Shown: piece after piece, positions 24,303 through 35,289 of the stretch | How the letters are laid out: every line of letters starts with the position of its first letter | Position numbering within the stretch: position 1 is the stretch's first letter | DNA from: Ophelia neglecta | Taxonomy: Eukaryota | Assembly (NCBI GenBank): GCA_965285935.1 | Contig: OZ260666.1 | Span: 13,144,001 to 13,208,000 of the forward strand | Length of the DNA: 64,000 nt | Direction: 5' to 3' | Made by a program: the position numbers and the translations under genes | Notes under the pieces: model-generated | Databases searched by the model: none | The model's input: only the letters and a program-made list of their open reading frames with translations | Told to the model about the DNA's origin: nothing

Positions 24303-27300
24303 CTTGAGATGAATAATACAATAAAACGTTAACATAATATAGGTTTGTTTGACACAAAGAACATTTCAATCACCAAAAACGAACAAAGAAACAAGGGACC
24401 GGAAAGTTGATTGAGGACAAATGTTAATTATTCAATCTGGCACGGTGGTTTAAAGTCGACGATGAACATAATTGATACAACACAATTCGCTAATACTACA
24501 ATAAATGCACTAATTTAATATTGCATATCATTGCACGATTGATAATTCCGTTTATTGGAACTACTCCATAATCCCAGCGGCGACGATCCAAGCTGATCCA
24601 AGATAAAAAACAATGGTTGACTGAATGTGATAAACCATCAACTTATCTTAGAAATTCCACGATAGTTTTTCAAACCATCCATACAACAATGACGGATGCC
24701 TCAAGTAAAGTGTACAAAAGATGATTTGTTTTTCGTAAGCAAAAAAATAAAAAATTCGCCATCAATAAAAACAACTTACGACGAGGGCAACATATTATCC
24801 CAGACAAAATTACTGCAGTACAAACACAAACGGAAGTGGACGCTAGCAGGGCCAGGTTGAAACCTTCCAAATAATTCATATCCGCGTTACTCTCTAAAAG
24901 ATAAAACATTTATTTCAAACATATAATTTTAAAGCGTCTATCATTAATCGGTAAAATATGTGTGTAAAATAACTTATCACTACCATATAAAGAAGTCAAT
25001 TGTCATTAACAGGTTAAAATTGTCTTTTCCCCTAAAGTTGCAATGTAAAGTTAGTTATTAAAACTCCATATGCATACCTGAATACATTGCTCTGGTAGTG
25101 ATTGGTAAAGTGGAAAACGCGTCCTTCTCGCCTGCGGGTTTTAAGCCTAGAACTAACCAATAATTGAGGCATTTCAACAAAAGCGATATGCCTCATAGGC
25201 ACTGTGAATATATTGACCAGTGATTTTTTTAAATGTTCAATAATGAATTATTATTACACATACTTTTCAAATTTATATTTTTCACCATTCGATGGCTATT
25301 GGGGATTTGTTATATTTATTTCTCTAATGTGAAAACTTTGAACAAGGCAATTGATGAGGGCAATCAATCATGACAACGAATGATTACTGAATGTGTTCTT
25401 TCCTACCTATATATACATAATTACGTGATGCGGATTCATACTTGGATCCCAATTCCCGGCCTCTACAAGAGTAGTTCAAAATACTGTATTCCCCCACTGC
25501 TGTTGGTAAAGGTAGTTCATGTTTGTTTGTGCCATTCTCGATAGTCAAGCCATTGCACAGCCAAATATAAGTCATTAAAGGTCGGTTTTCTTCCGGAAGT
25601 GATGCGGAAGAAACTTTACATGCTAACCGGGAGTTTTCAATAGAAATGGTTGCCGGTAATGGTTTCTCTGCAAAATAAGTCAACACATTTTTAGTTTGTG
25701 ATAGTGCAAAAAAATAATGCAGGCCTGGAAGAATAAATAACAACACTGCATATGTAAACATTGGCCATTGTGTTGCTGAGGGGCTGAGGTAGTATGATGT
25801 TTATTGTTTTATGACAATTTATGAAACAAAACAAAGGAAACAATTGATAATTCAAAGGGACGGAGCCATTAAGTCGTAATATCGGCCACCGTCAGAAATT
25901 GCTATCTACAACGAACGTAATACTGTACAGTAGTTTTCGTTTCACAGCGGTTAAGAATATATAATGCACGCAAGCGGACTTTTATTCCTTGTGGCTATTA
26001 AAGCAACAATTATAGAAAATAATAATTCGGCTGTACTCACCCCAAACAAAGACGACTTTAAATTCACTGTAATTAGTTGTATGACAAGTGTATGTCCCTG
26101 CGTTTTCAATAATTACATTTGTCAAAGTAATTATCACCGACGATTTATTTGTCAAACTGAATGTCATTGTATGTGTTGCTTTTTGGTCGCCCGAGGGAAC
26201 CAACGAGGAGTTGCGAATTATGAACAAAAGACGTCCTTGGTGATAGCAGTTGAAAGTCTGCACCTTTAATGCCTCTGGTGGATTCCAAACAAGGCTGATG
26301 TTATCTCCTTCATAGACTCTTTTAAAACCATTATCTGGGCATAACAATGTTTAAGGAATGTTCAAATAGTTGTAATAAAAACAATTCACAAAATATAGCA
26401 ACCCGACACAATTTTATGGAGACGTGTTACTTACCTGGGACATATGTAGTTTCTTCCGAAGGATGAAGAGAATTAGATGAAGAGGACGCTGTGAATTCTG
26501 AAATAAGGGTCCCGATTTTATGTTTTGGAATGCTAATAATATAATAATAATTCTATATATTTATTAAGCGTATAGTACCGGAAAACCACTCGTAGCCGCG
26601 AAATGTACCATGTTGGCCAAGGAATGCAATAAAATACGATAAAACAGGCAATATGCATTTATTATTTTCAAGAAGAATGTAATGCGTTATTGTCTTAATA
26701 AGTAGTATGACATCGAATGTATTACCCATCAGACGGCTGGTTGTTATCAGTGACGTATCCTTATCTGTTGCTACGACGGTGACTCCGCCTTGGGACGACA
26801 CTGAAGGCAATGCGCCGGGGAAAGAATTATTTTAATAAACAAAAACAATATCATTTGTCTTCTAACGTTGTTATAAAGCAAGAAGACACCTGAATACGCC
26901 AGAGAGGAGGGTAGGGACAGGAAGGGGGGGGGGGGGGGGCTGGAGATTACTTTACTCTATTCATTGATAAGGAACTGCTTTCTACATTGTATAATCATCT
27001 TTTCTATAATGGCGGATTAATTTCTTTGAGTTACTGTCATAAATAATGTTCTGGAAAAAAATGTACCACCCGATTACCACGTTGAGAAATTATATGTCGG
27101 GTTCCCATGGAGTGCCGAGAGATAAAGGGAGAATAAGCGCGACTTGAGCTGTAGCATAAACCTACCTTAGTGTAAAATATATCCTGATACGTTTACATAG
27201 CATAGCATATCCGGTTGCATATTCTATCAATATACGATTAGAGGTTAAATTGAGGGAGGAGGAAATTAATACGGAACTTACCTTTTTTTATACCAAACTG

Positions 27301-28161
27301 CCAAACTAGCCCAATGATTCCGGCGAGAGCCATTGTGGTTAACAACAGTATTGCTATCAAGCCATATATTCTTAGAAATTTGCGTTTTTGTCCCCTATGG
27401 CGTAAAATCAACCTTTGATAAATGTTCTTTCTTCCGGCCTGTTCGAACTGGATGTGTGCCCTTTCCTCGCTGGACGTTCTTCTAGGATACTCATATCCGC
27501 TGCAATCTCGCCGAGTGTCATTTACCTGGCTTGGTCTTGGTCTGTTCACACTATCAGTGATGGGAAGCTCTATGATTTCGGAGTAGCAATGGCTACCGTT
27601 CGAACTGGATGTTTCGCCAGAGGTTTCGTCGGTTTCCGATGAATCATTGATGACGTGCACGCTGCGAGGTAGCTTCGGAGAGCAGTCTGCAATTGTCGCG
27701 ACCACGTTGAAATGTTTCTTAATCGATGTCTTCGGTCTCGCACCTTGATTGGTGGCATATGAATAAGGATATTTCTGAACAGAAGTTCCATGCCCAGGTT
27801 TATCATGTAATTTGTTTTCTTCTATGTTTTGATTGTTAACTGCTCTATCTTGGTGTTCATCCTCGAAAGGCACTTCATAACCATCATTAGGGACCTCCTG
27901 GTCTTCATTTTTTTCGTCGTTTCCAGTTTCGTGTCTTACGAAGGCCGAGGCGTTAGAACAATTAACATTGCCATGAGTACTTCGTGGAACATCCGGGAAA
28001 GTCAGAAGGTCTTTTCGCAAGTTGGTTGTGGCGGGAGGCTTGTAACACGCCGTTTCCCCCCTGTAATTCCAAGAAGGGCGCGGGGCCATATCGTCACTCA
28101 TCTCTGTTAGTTCAAAACTAGTTTTACCGGGCTCGATAGGGAAGAATCCACCCTCGGCCAT
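24217..28161 (-). CDS. Gene C: predicted two-pass membrane protein with Tyr-motif N-terminal cytoplasmic region and two extracellular Ig domains (8 coding exons, ~613 aa)
   Basis: Exons 28161-27282, 26800-26726, 26497-26435, 26334-26041, 25667-25407, 25146-25078, 24893-24780 and 24302-24217. All introns are GT-AG phase 1; 1842 nt in frame ending TGA. Confidence 0.78.
24780..24893 (-). CDS. Gene C exon 7, second TM helix
   Basis: Acceptor ttttatcttttag. FNLALLASTSVCVCTAVILSGIICCPR; donor C|gtaagt. Confidence 0.8.
25078..25146 (-). CDS. Gene C exon 6, linker
   Basis: 69 nt, phase 1-1. GLKPAGEKDAFSTLPITTRAMYS; donor CAG|gtatgc. Confidence 0.65.
25407..25667 (-). CDS. Gene C exon 5, C2/I-like Ig domain
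   Basis: 261 nt. LACKVSSASLP...MTYIW...YSCRGRELGS has the canonical C-W-C core. Acceptor tattttgcag, donor TAG|gtagga. Confidence 0.88.
26041..26334 (-). CDS. Gene C exon 4, V-like Ig domain
   Basis: 294 nt. VYEGDNISLVWN...FNCYH...ITLTNVIIENAGTYTC...VFVW; donor GGG|gtgagt. Confidence 0.88.
26435..26497 (-). CDS. Gene C exon 3, Ser/Thr stalk
   Basis: 63 nt, phase 1-1. tatttcag|...EFTASSSSNSLHPSEETTYVP...CAG|gtaagt. Confidence 0.8.
26726..26800 (-). CDS. Gene C exon 2, Ser/Thr stalk
   Basis: 75 nt, phase 1-1. ccttcag|...VSSQGGVTVVATDKDTSLITTSRLM...G|gtaata. Confidence 0.65.
27282..28161 (-). CDS. Gene C exon 1: disordered cytoplasmic region with Tyr motifs + signal-anchor TM1
   Basis: 293 codons from ACAATGG. 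Motifs YEVP, YSEI, YEYP and YQRL. Basic RHRGQKRKFLR precedes IYGLIAILLLTTMALAGIIGLVW. Donor AAG|gtaagt. Confidence 0.9.
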
Positions 28162-29099
28162 TGTTCCAAGACGAATGGGACGGGAGTGGAAATATAACTG
28201 TATATGGTTTATAACATATATGTCCTCATCATTATCAGGTTATGCGCTTCATATAATTTGTTTACATAACGAAATGTAGATGACATCAATGTGTGTTCCC
28301 CTGCCATTTGTCTTTATATGCTTATGGTATTGTAAATTACAAGTCATCTAAACTCATGTTATAGTATTACCATGTTTACCAAAGAAAATGTATTTGGCTT
28401 CCTTTTGATCTGCACCAGTAAAGGTTTAACCTAAATTGGGATAATACTTGCGCTATTTCGACATGTTGGGAGTGCTTTCCAAGAGCGTATGCAAGTCATT
28501 ATCCATCAATTATTTATAATAAAGTGATCCCATGCAGAACTTTGCGACTATGCCAACTGTGTTAACCCAGGCACCCTTAATGGTGACAGTGTTTAACGGT
28601 CCTTTACGGTCCATTTTACGAAATGGGCACCGGCCAGTATTAACCGGTTGGTTGGGTGAGGGACAGGGTCGAAGATTGGGACAAAAACTAAATAGAGAGC
28701 GACAGGTGCTGTATTTTGACTGGTCTTAGAGTTAAGAAGGTTATATTTCATTTGTGCGGTTGGTTAAAATATTCATATTCAACCAAAACACCCATAACAT
28801 GACTTTTAGCAAGAGCAAGCGGATTAGGATGGGGCTGGTCCTGCTAACTTGGAAATTTGGCACTGCATTTAAACGATACAAAATATTTATTTCCTTTGGT
28901 AACATAAGCTAAGAAATAATCCGTCAAATTTAGGTGTTATGACATAGATGCTGAACTTCCACCGCACTCCCACCAGATTGTAATGCCTCCTGACGAGGGA
29001 ATAGGCCTCCTAAACCTATGATTGTCCACCCTCGGGTTATAAAAGAAGTTGACACGGAAGGTGTTCTTCGTCTAACAACAAAATGTAAAATATCATCCT

Positions 29100-29448
29100 T
29101 CAAGCTAAATCTCCAAAGTTATCTGTTATCGTCTTGTTTGTTAGATTGCCTATAACCTGTGTTGAATCATATATCATGACCTGGGTATTATGATTATTAT
29201 TATAATATTTTTTTTTCCTTTCTTTCCCCTAATCACTTCATGTGCCAAAGTTTGAGAAAAGTCTGTGTGTTGCTTTGTTTTGTTATGAGCACTTCCCAGA
29301 TCTTGGAAGTAGTGTGATCCTATAATAGGGAAATACAACTTTCTGCTGAACTGCTCTTTTGCCATGTTTTTTTTATGTTTCTATGTGCTGTAATATATAG
29401 TGTATTGTGTCTATTACCACGGCAATAAACACTTTTGAACTTTGAACA
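29100..29448 (+). mobile_element. Probable LINE 3' remnant
   Basis: Ends in AATAAA followed by a (TTTGAAC)2 tail; the upstream sequence is degenerate. Confidence 0.35.
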
Positions 29449-30680
29449 AAATTAAAAAAGTTTGGCATCCGCATGACTGTCGACATTGGGTTTTTAATCA
29501 TAAGATAGCAGAGCCTTTGAAGTCAAATCAAGAAGGAAGTACATGATTACATATTTATAATTCAACCTGCCAAAAGACATTCCGCATTAACAAAAGAACA
29601 ATGAAGATATGTTTAAGAATTTCAGGATATAGCAAGAGGAAGCTTTGTGGGTAGGCCTGTTAAACGATTTAAATGTATGCAGAGTTTGAGATATGAATTA
29701 CAATACCACGGACCTAGCCCCTAACCCCTAGAAGAGAGTTGAAAACTGGAAGCTAGAAAGTAGCCGATGGCGCTTATGCCATATTATGATGGAAACACGT
29801 TGTTAGGAAATTTGTGTGTCTGTTGTTTAGATTTCAGGTGGGGACCGTCAATTTTTCTAGCAATTTTTCTCGCCTACAGCAAGTGCCAATATCATGCAAG
29901 ACCAGTACCATTTTCCTTTCAAATTGTTCTTATTGAATATTGTAGCCTGATCCTTATTTTGCTTATTTGGGGTTGGCATAAAAACACACGAGCGGTAAGG
30001 CCTAAGGTAGTTGCATCTACATCATGAATCAAATAAGTTTTTCTAAGCCAAAAAGTAATGTACATTTTGTGACACAATTGTAAACATCTTACTTAACATC
30101 GGAAGCTAGATATAAAAACACACTATTATTACAGGTAAGAAACAATGATAAATAAAAAGTGACTCCGACATAGTGACCATTTGTCAGGGGTGAGAGCATA
30201 CGGCATAGTAAATAGCTTGTGAGGGCTGAGGTGCTGATATAACTCGTGTGATTAATACAGACGCTGGGCCAGTGAATAGAAAGCACTAAAGGCCAAAATA
30301 ATGTTAATATTATTACACAACTTTCACTTTGGCACGCCGAAATCTGATGTTATTTTCTCTAAGCTGTTCGTGTAATATTTCTATAGCAACAGATAATTGT
30401 CTCTCTAAGATTTTACATGATAAGAAACAGTTAATGTTAATTGACATTCATCCACATAATATGGATGTGATGTTTAGCTTACAGTCACCTATTAGATAGA
30501 TGAAAGGTTAGCTTAGCAGTAAGTGTAGCAAAGAGTTCACATGAGCCATATATACAAAAACTATAATTCTGTACTTATTCTGTGATTATCGTGCAAACAT
30601 TGATATTTGAAGCCCTGGGTAAGGGCTCTAACGTGTGTGTGTACTCGTTTTTCATTTGACTATATATGTGTCAATGGAAA

Positions 30681-30906
30681 CCTGGGCTCGGTCTGTGAAG
30701 CGATACTAAGCTTTGGATTAGATTGGCTTATATCCAATTAGCCGATACCTCATTAATCGGGGTTTCCATTGACTAGGATTAAGTTTAAGACTTAAATGGT
30801 TTGGTTTTGATACCAAGAAACCCCGATAAGCAAGTTAGGACGTAATAAGCATTTTAATCATGTTTTTAAGTTCTGAGTTAAGACCGCATCTATGAACTAG
30901 GCCCGG
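30681..30906. mobile_element. Degenerate MITE
   Basis: Imperfect terminal inverted repeats cctgggctcggtctgtgaagcg and cgcatctatgaactaggcccgg. Confidence 0.4.
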
Positions 30907-31629
30907 TTGACAATAAACTTACTATACTGGGTTATGTTGGACGTGAACATGTGTACCAAATACATGTAGATCACTGAAAATGTCATTAAATTAGAAAAAT
31001 AGAAAAATAGGACGTGCCAATATTTACTTTCAGTACAATATTGGCCTAAAACATATATTGTAGATGTGATTTTCTTTCATGCATAGGATCTGAGATATGA
31101 CACTGGGCAAGTGATGCAGTGATGCATCACGCCCTCGGAAATGTATAGAAAAGTTCTAGGTTCATAATATATTGCGCATTTATGTCAATTAAAATATAGT
31201 AATGTTCTCCTTTCATCACTAACAATCTATTTCTTATAAGGAAAAACCTAAAAAGGTACCCGCATGCATGACCCAAAGTAGAACTGAGGATGCACCTAAT
31301 GTAAACATGAGGTAGAATCAGAATTACACAGACTGGGTGCTTTTGTTATTGATTAAATATTTCATTTAATATTGCATGTCAATGAATAACACGTCAGGCG
31401 GGGCTGAATTTTTTCATTAACAGATTCCATTGGAGGGAAAATATTGGGAGAGGCGCAAATCTGTTTTAAGATCTAACTTGGTGTATATTATGACTCTTTG
31501 AATTATCTAATCGAACCGATGAAAAATAATGCAGACTGGCATGGATTCCATTCTGAGCTCAGTGCAGGGTAGAGAAGACATAGAAAAGGCAGATTATAAA
31601 GAGTATATTAGGCGATTAGTATATTGGGT

Positions 31630-32050
31630 AGTGTATGTGTATAGACAGGTTGTGGGTGTAAAGGATGGAGGTGGGTTTTTAGGAAGACGGTGGTAGTTTA
31701 GGAAGAAGGTGGGTGGTATTATAGGAAGGATGTGGGTGTATAGGAAGGAGGAGGTGGGTGTATAGGAAGGAGGTGGGTGTATAGGAAGGAGGTGGGTGTA
31801 TAGGAAGGAGGTGGGTGTATAGGAATGAGGAGGTGGTTTTATAGGAAGAAGGTGGGTGTATAGGAAGGAGGTCGGTGTATAGGAAGGTGTAGGGTTTTAA
31901 GGAAGGAGGTGGGTGTATAAAAAGGCGGTGCGTGTATAAGAAAGCGGTCGGTGTATAGAAGGAATGTGGGTTAATTTGAAATGTGGTGTGTGTGTATAAA
32001 AAGAGGTTTGTGTTTAGCAAGGTGGTGTGTCCCAGGATGTATAGGAAGAA
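31630..32050. repeat. Purine-rich 19-bp minisatellite (TAGGAAGGAGGTGGGTGTA)n
   Basis: About 15-20 degenerate tandem units, cleanest at 31763-31819. Confidence 0.9.
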
Positions 32051-33678
32051 CTGAGAACTTGTTTACTGTTATGGTCCCCACTGCTATGTATACACTGTAT
32101 AATATATACACACCATGGGTTGGAATTAAAGCAACACACTTGGCCAAGGGATATTTATTGATTGGGGGGAAATAACGTGGACACCAAACGGGTTATAATA
32201 GGGATGCTGCAGGACGGGGGGGGGGGGGGGGGGAGGGGGAGGAGTCTGTAGATATAATAAGATTGGAAAGAAAGGGTCAAAGTAGGGATACTATTGAGAG
32301 GTGTGTTTAGGGGTCAAATACAATATCGGGAAGAGGAAGTCAGTGCAGGGTTCCGTATGGTATTGTCATTTTAAAGTCGGGTCCAAAATACATTGTTTTC
32401 AACTACATTAATACTGGGACAGTGCTATCATATATGACTTATATATCATATATGATAATGGGAATGACTGAAGCAGATTATCTGCATATGTGTGTGTATA
32501 AATAATTGTTCGGTTTGAAGGGGTTACCACCGTCTAATTGTATCATTCCCGGGGGCGGTTTAAAACTGGCAGCATGCCATGATTCATATTTATGTTTAAT
32601 AGTGGACCACTCTATCCGGCTAACCTTGTTAAGTCGTAACCATACAACGTCATTATATATAGTGACTGTGCATTACATAATAGAACACATGTAAAAAAAG
32701 CGCCTGCTGTTTAGATGAAAACATATTTAAGAGACAATGTGTAGTTGAAACCGGTATGCTATTGTGTTACCGGAGGGATTAAGCTGGTAATAGAGTATAT
32801 TTTGAAAGTGGGAAAAATGTTATTTTTCTCTCATTAAAGAGCAGTCTGTAATCACAAAGTCAATTTTAAGAAATTTGCGATTTTCTGGGTGGAATCCCTT
32901 AAAATAAAATAATTATTAATTATATTGCTGGGGTTTAAATCCTGTTCTTGAATGGCGTCAGTCAGTAGCTAAATGTACCGTGAGTGTATAAAAATATTTA
33001 GAATAAAGCACATATGATTACCAGTAAAATGGTGGCGTCACATCGCGGGAACGGTTAGTATTATTAAAAGAAATACCCACTGCCTTTTGTTATCGATGCA
33101 AAACACTCATGCACATGAACTTTTGGAAAATGGTCCATTCCTTTGGTGAAGGGTCTATGAGGGGATGCCACCGGGTGGGGAAAGGGATGATTGGAGGGGG
33201 TAGGGGGGGGGGGGTAGATATTTATAATGGAGACAGGTTTCGTATAAATGTCGTATTTAAAGGACAACACGTACAAACTGTTTCTTGTAACCACGGGTGT
33301 CCACAGAACGCCAAATTTTCTAACCCTAGTTAAAATCATTATCATTAGGTATACATGTATACTTAATCAGTCGTGGCGTTGGCATCATTCAAGCTTCCAT
33401 CAGGAACAAAACATTAATGTATAAACGAGAACCAGTCAAATCCTACGGTAACGTCATGTGAGTTTTATAAAAATTCGGCAGGATCATATCATTATGCGTG
33501 AAAAATGTTTAAATAAGCGTATACAATGCCAATACAATTTCAATTACCCGTTATTGGGCGGTATTTACAGTGCAAACGTGTGGGGTGTGAGTTACATGGA
33601 GGCCGCGATATTTATAGTGAGTGCCTACAAGATTATCCTGTTATAAATATATCAATGTGTGTTCGGAGTACACCTTAA

Positions 33679-34668
33679 TGCCCCAGTCACACAGACGGTC
33701 GGGCTTAAATCGGCACCCAATCGGCCAAATGATATTTCATTCTCATCGGTTGTCATAAGTGATTTCATTTCTTACTTTTAGTGTGACTGGGTATCGGAGG
33801 TGAATAATTGTTAGTCGGTCAAAATAATTGCTGGTATGACCGGTTATCATCGCTTGTAAGTCGGTGTTAAATCGGGTATGTCGGCGATCGATCGGTGTTT
33901 GGGAACAAGTCAGTAGTCACCAATCATTTTTCGTCTGATATGGTCGGTGAGATATATGTGGTAATCGGTGGCCGATCGGGGATAGATAGGTGATAAAGAG
34001 CTTCCATATCTTTTAAAGTGGTTGTCGGTTCATTTAATAAAAAAATATGTATAAGTGATGAAAACTGGTGAATATCTTACATTTCGCCGCTTGAAATCAT
34101 AGAGGATGGAAAGGTAATCCAGCACTTCGGCAACAGCAGGCCCTTCTCAAAGTCAGACAAGTCATCCGGGTAGCCCAGCAGCCCATAGGCGGGCAAAGGC
34201 GGTGCCGTAGGAGGCAAAGGTGATGATGGACCAGACCTTGGTTAACCGAGGATAAAATAATTCGACGAGCTATTGCAACACCTATATCTCCGAGAATCGT
34301 GAAACCATTTGTTTAAATTTTAATCATAACAAGTTTTATTCTCATCTTTTTTCATCGGTGGTTAGTATCAGTTCATCGGTGGCATATCGGTGGCTTATCG
34401 GTGGCCTATCAGTGATATCGGTTGTAGACAGGCTGTTAATCGGTTATTTGTAAGATATTTTCACCGATCGAGAATTTTAAACACGTTTAAAAATCCCAAT
34501 CGGTAGTTTTTCCCCGACGAAACTCATCTTTACCCAATCGCATTTGATCGGTGGAAAACAGGCGACCAATAGGTGATATCGGTGGTTAATAGGTTTGCAT
34601 CGGTTCCCGCCCTTATCCGGCTAAGAAAACTAGCGATCTATCACCGATGGCTCTGTGTGACTGGGGTG
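33679..34668. mobile_element. PIF/Harbinger-type non-autonomous element (990 bp)
   Basis: Perfect 15-bp inverted repeat ccccagtcacacaga (33681-33695 / 34652-34666), flanked by TAA at 33676-33678 and 34669-34671. The interior is dense in ATCGG/CCGAT motifs. Confidence 0.8.
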
Positions 34669-34810
34669 TAACAGGCGTTATTACCTCCTTCTCATTTAGG
34701 CGTATTTCACATAATACTAGAACATCACACGCACGATCCATCATAAAACAGTGGCGACATCGCGAGTGAATGGACTGCACTACCCTTGAATATTAGCCAC
34801 CATTATACAA

Positions 34811-35289
34811 ATAATGACTGCTCTGCCATGAGATGGTACAGAATATCTCACCCGAGGGTTTGGGTATTGACTGAAGCAATGTTATGTCGCCCGAGGCCTG
34901 CCGAGGGCGACATAACATTGCTGAGGTCAATACCCAAACCCGAGGGGGAGATATTCTGTACCATCTCATGACAGAGCAGTTGTTATTTGTTTTATTATTA
35001 TACTGGGTGAAAATATAAAAGTAATCTTGTCTTTTGAACATTTTTATTCAACATTTGATTGCCGATGCGCCCTCTGGCGATTGACTTTAAACTATCCTTG
35101 AGTGGTGAAGGCGTAGGCTTTCTAGCCTCGGTGCGCGTACTACTAACGCACAGGGTGACATAACTTTGCGCTCCCCGGGAAAATGTTATGTCACCCCGCT
35201 GAAACATTTGCTATAAGATTTCAGCCACATCTCATGTGACCCTTAACCAACCAATGGCAATAAGCCATTTTCACCCAGTATATAATAAA
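34811..35289. repeat. Foldback element: ~175-bp near-perfect palindrome plus a second 22-bp inverted repeat
   Basis: Arms of ~80 bp (ctgctctgccatgagatggtacagaatatctc...atgttatgtcgccc / gggcgacataacat...gagatattctgtaccatctcatgacagagcag). Then ttattatatactgggtgaaaat (~34993) pairs with attttcacccagtatataataa (~35267). Confidence 0.88.

Noticed and set aside
31679-32020. 113-aa Pro/His/Tyr-rich ORF
   Set aside because: It is a translation of the 19-bp minisatellite.
34786-35041. Two similar ORFs on opposite strands
   Set aside because: They are mirror readings of the palindrome.
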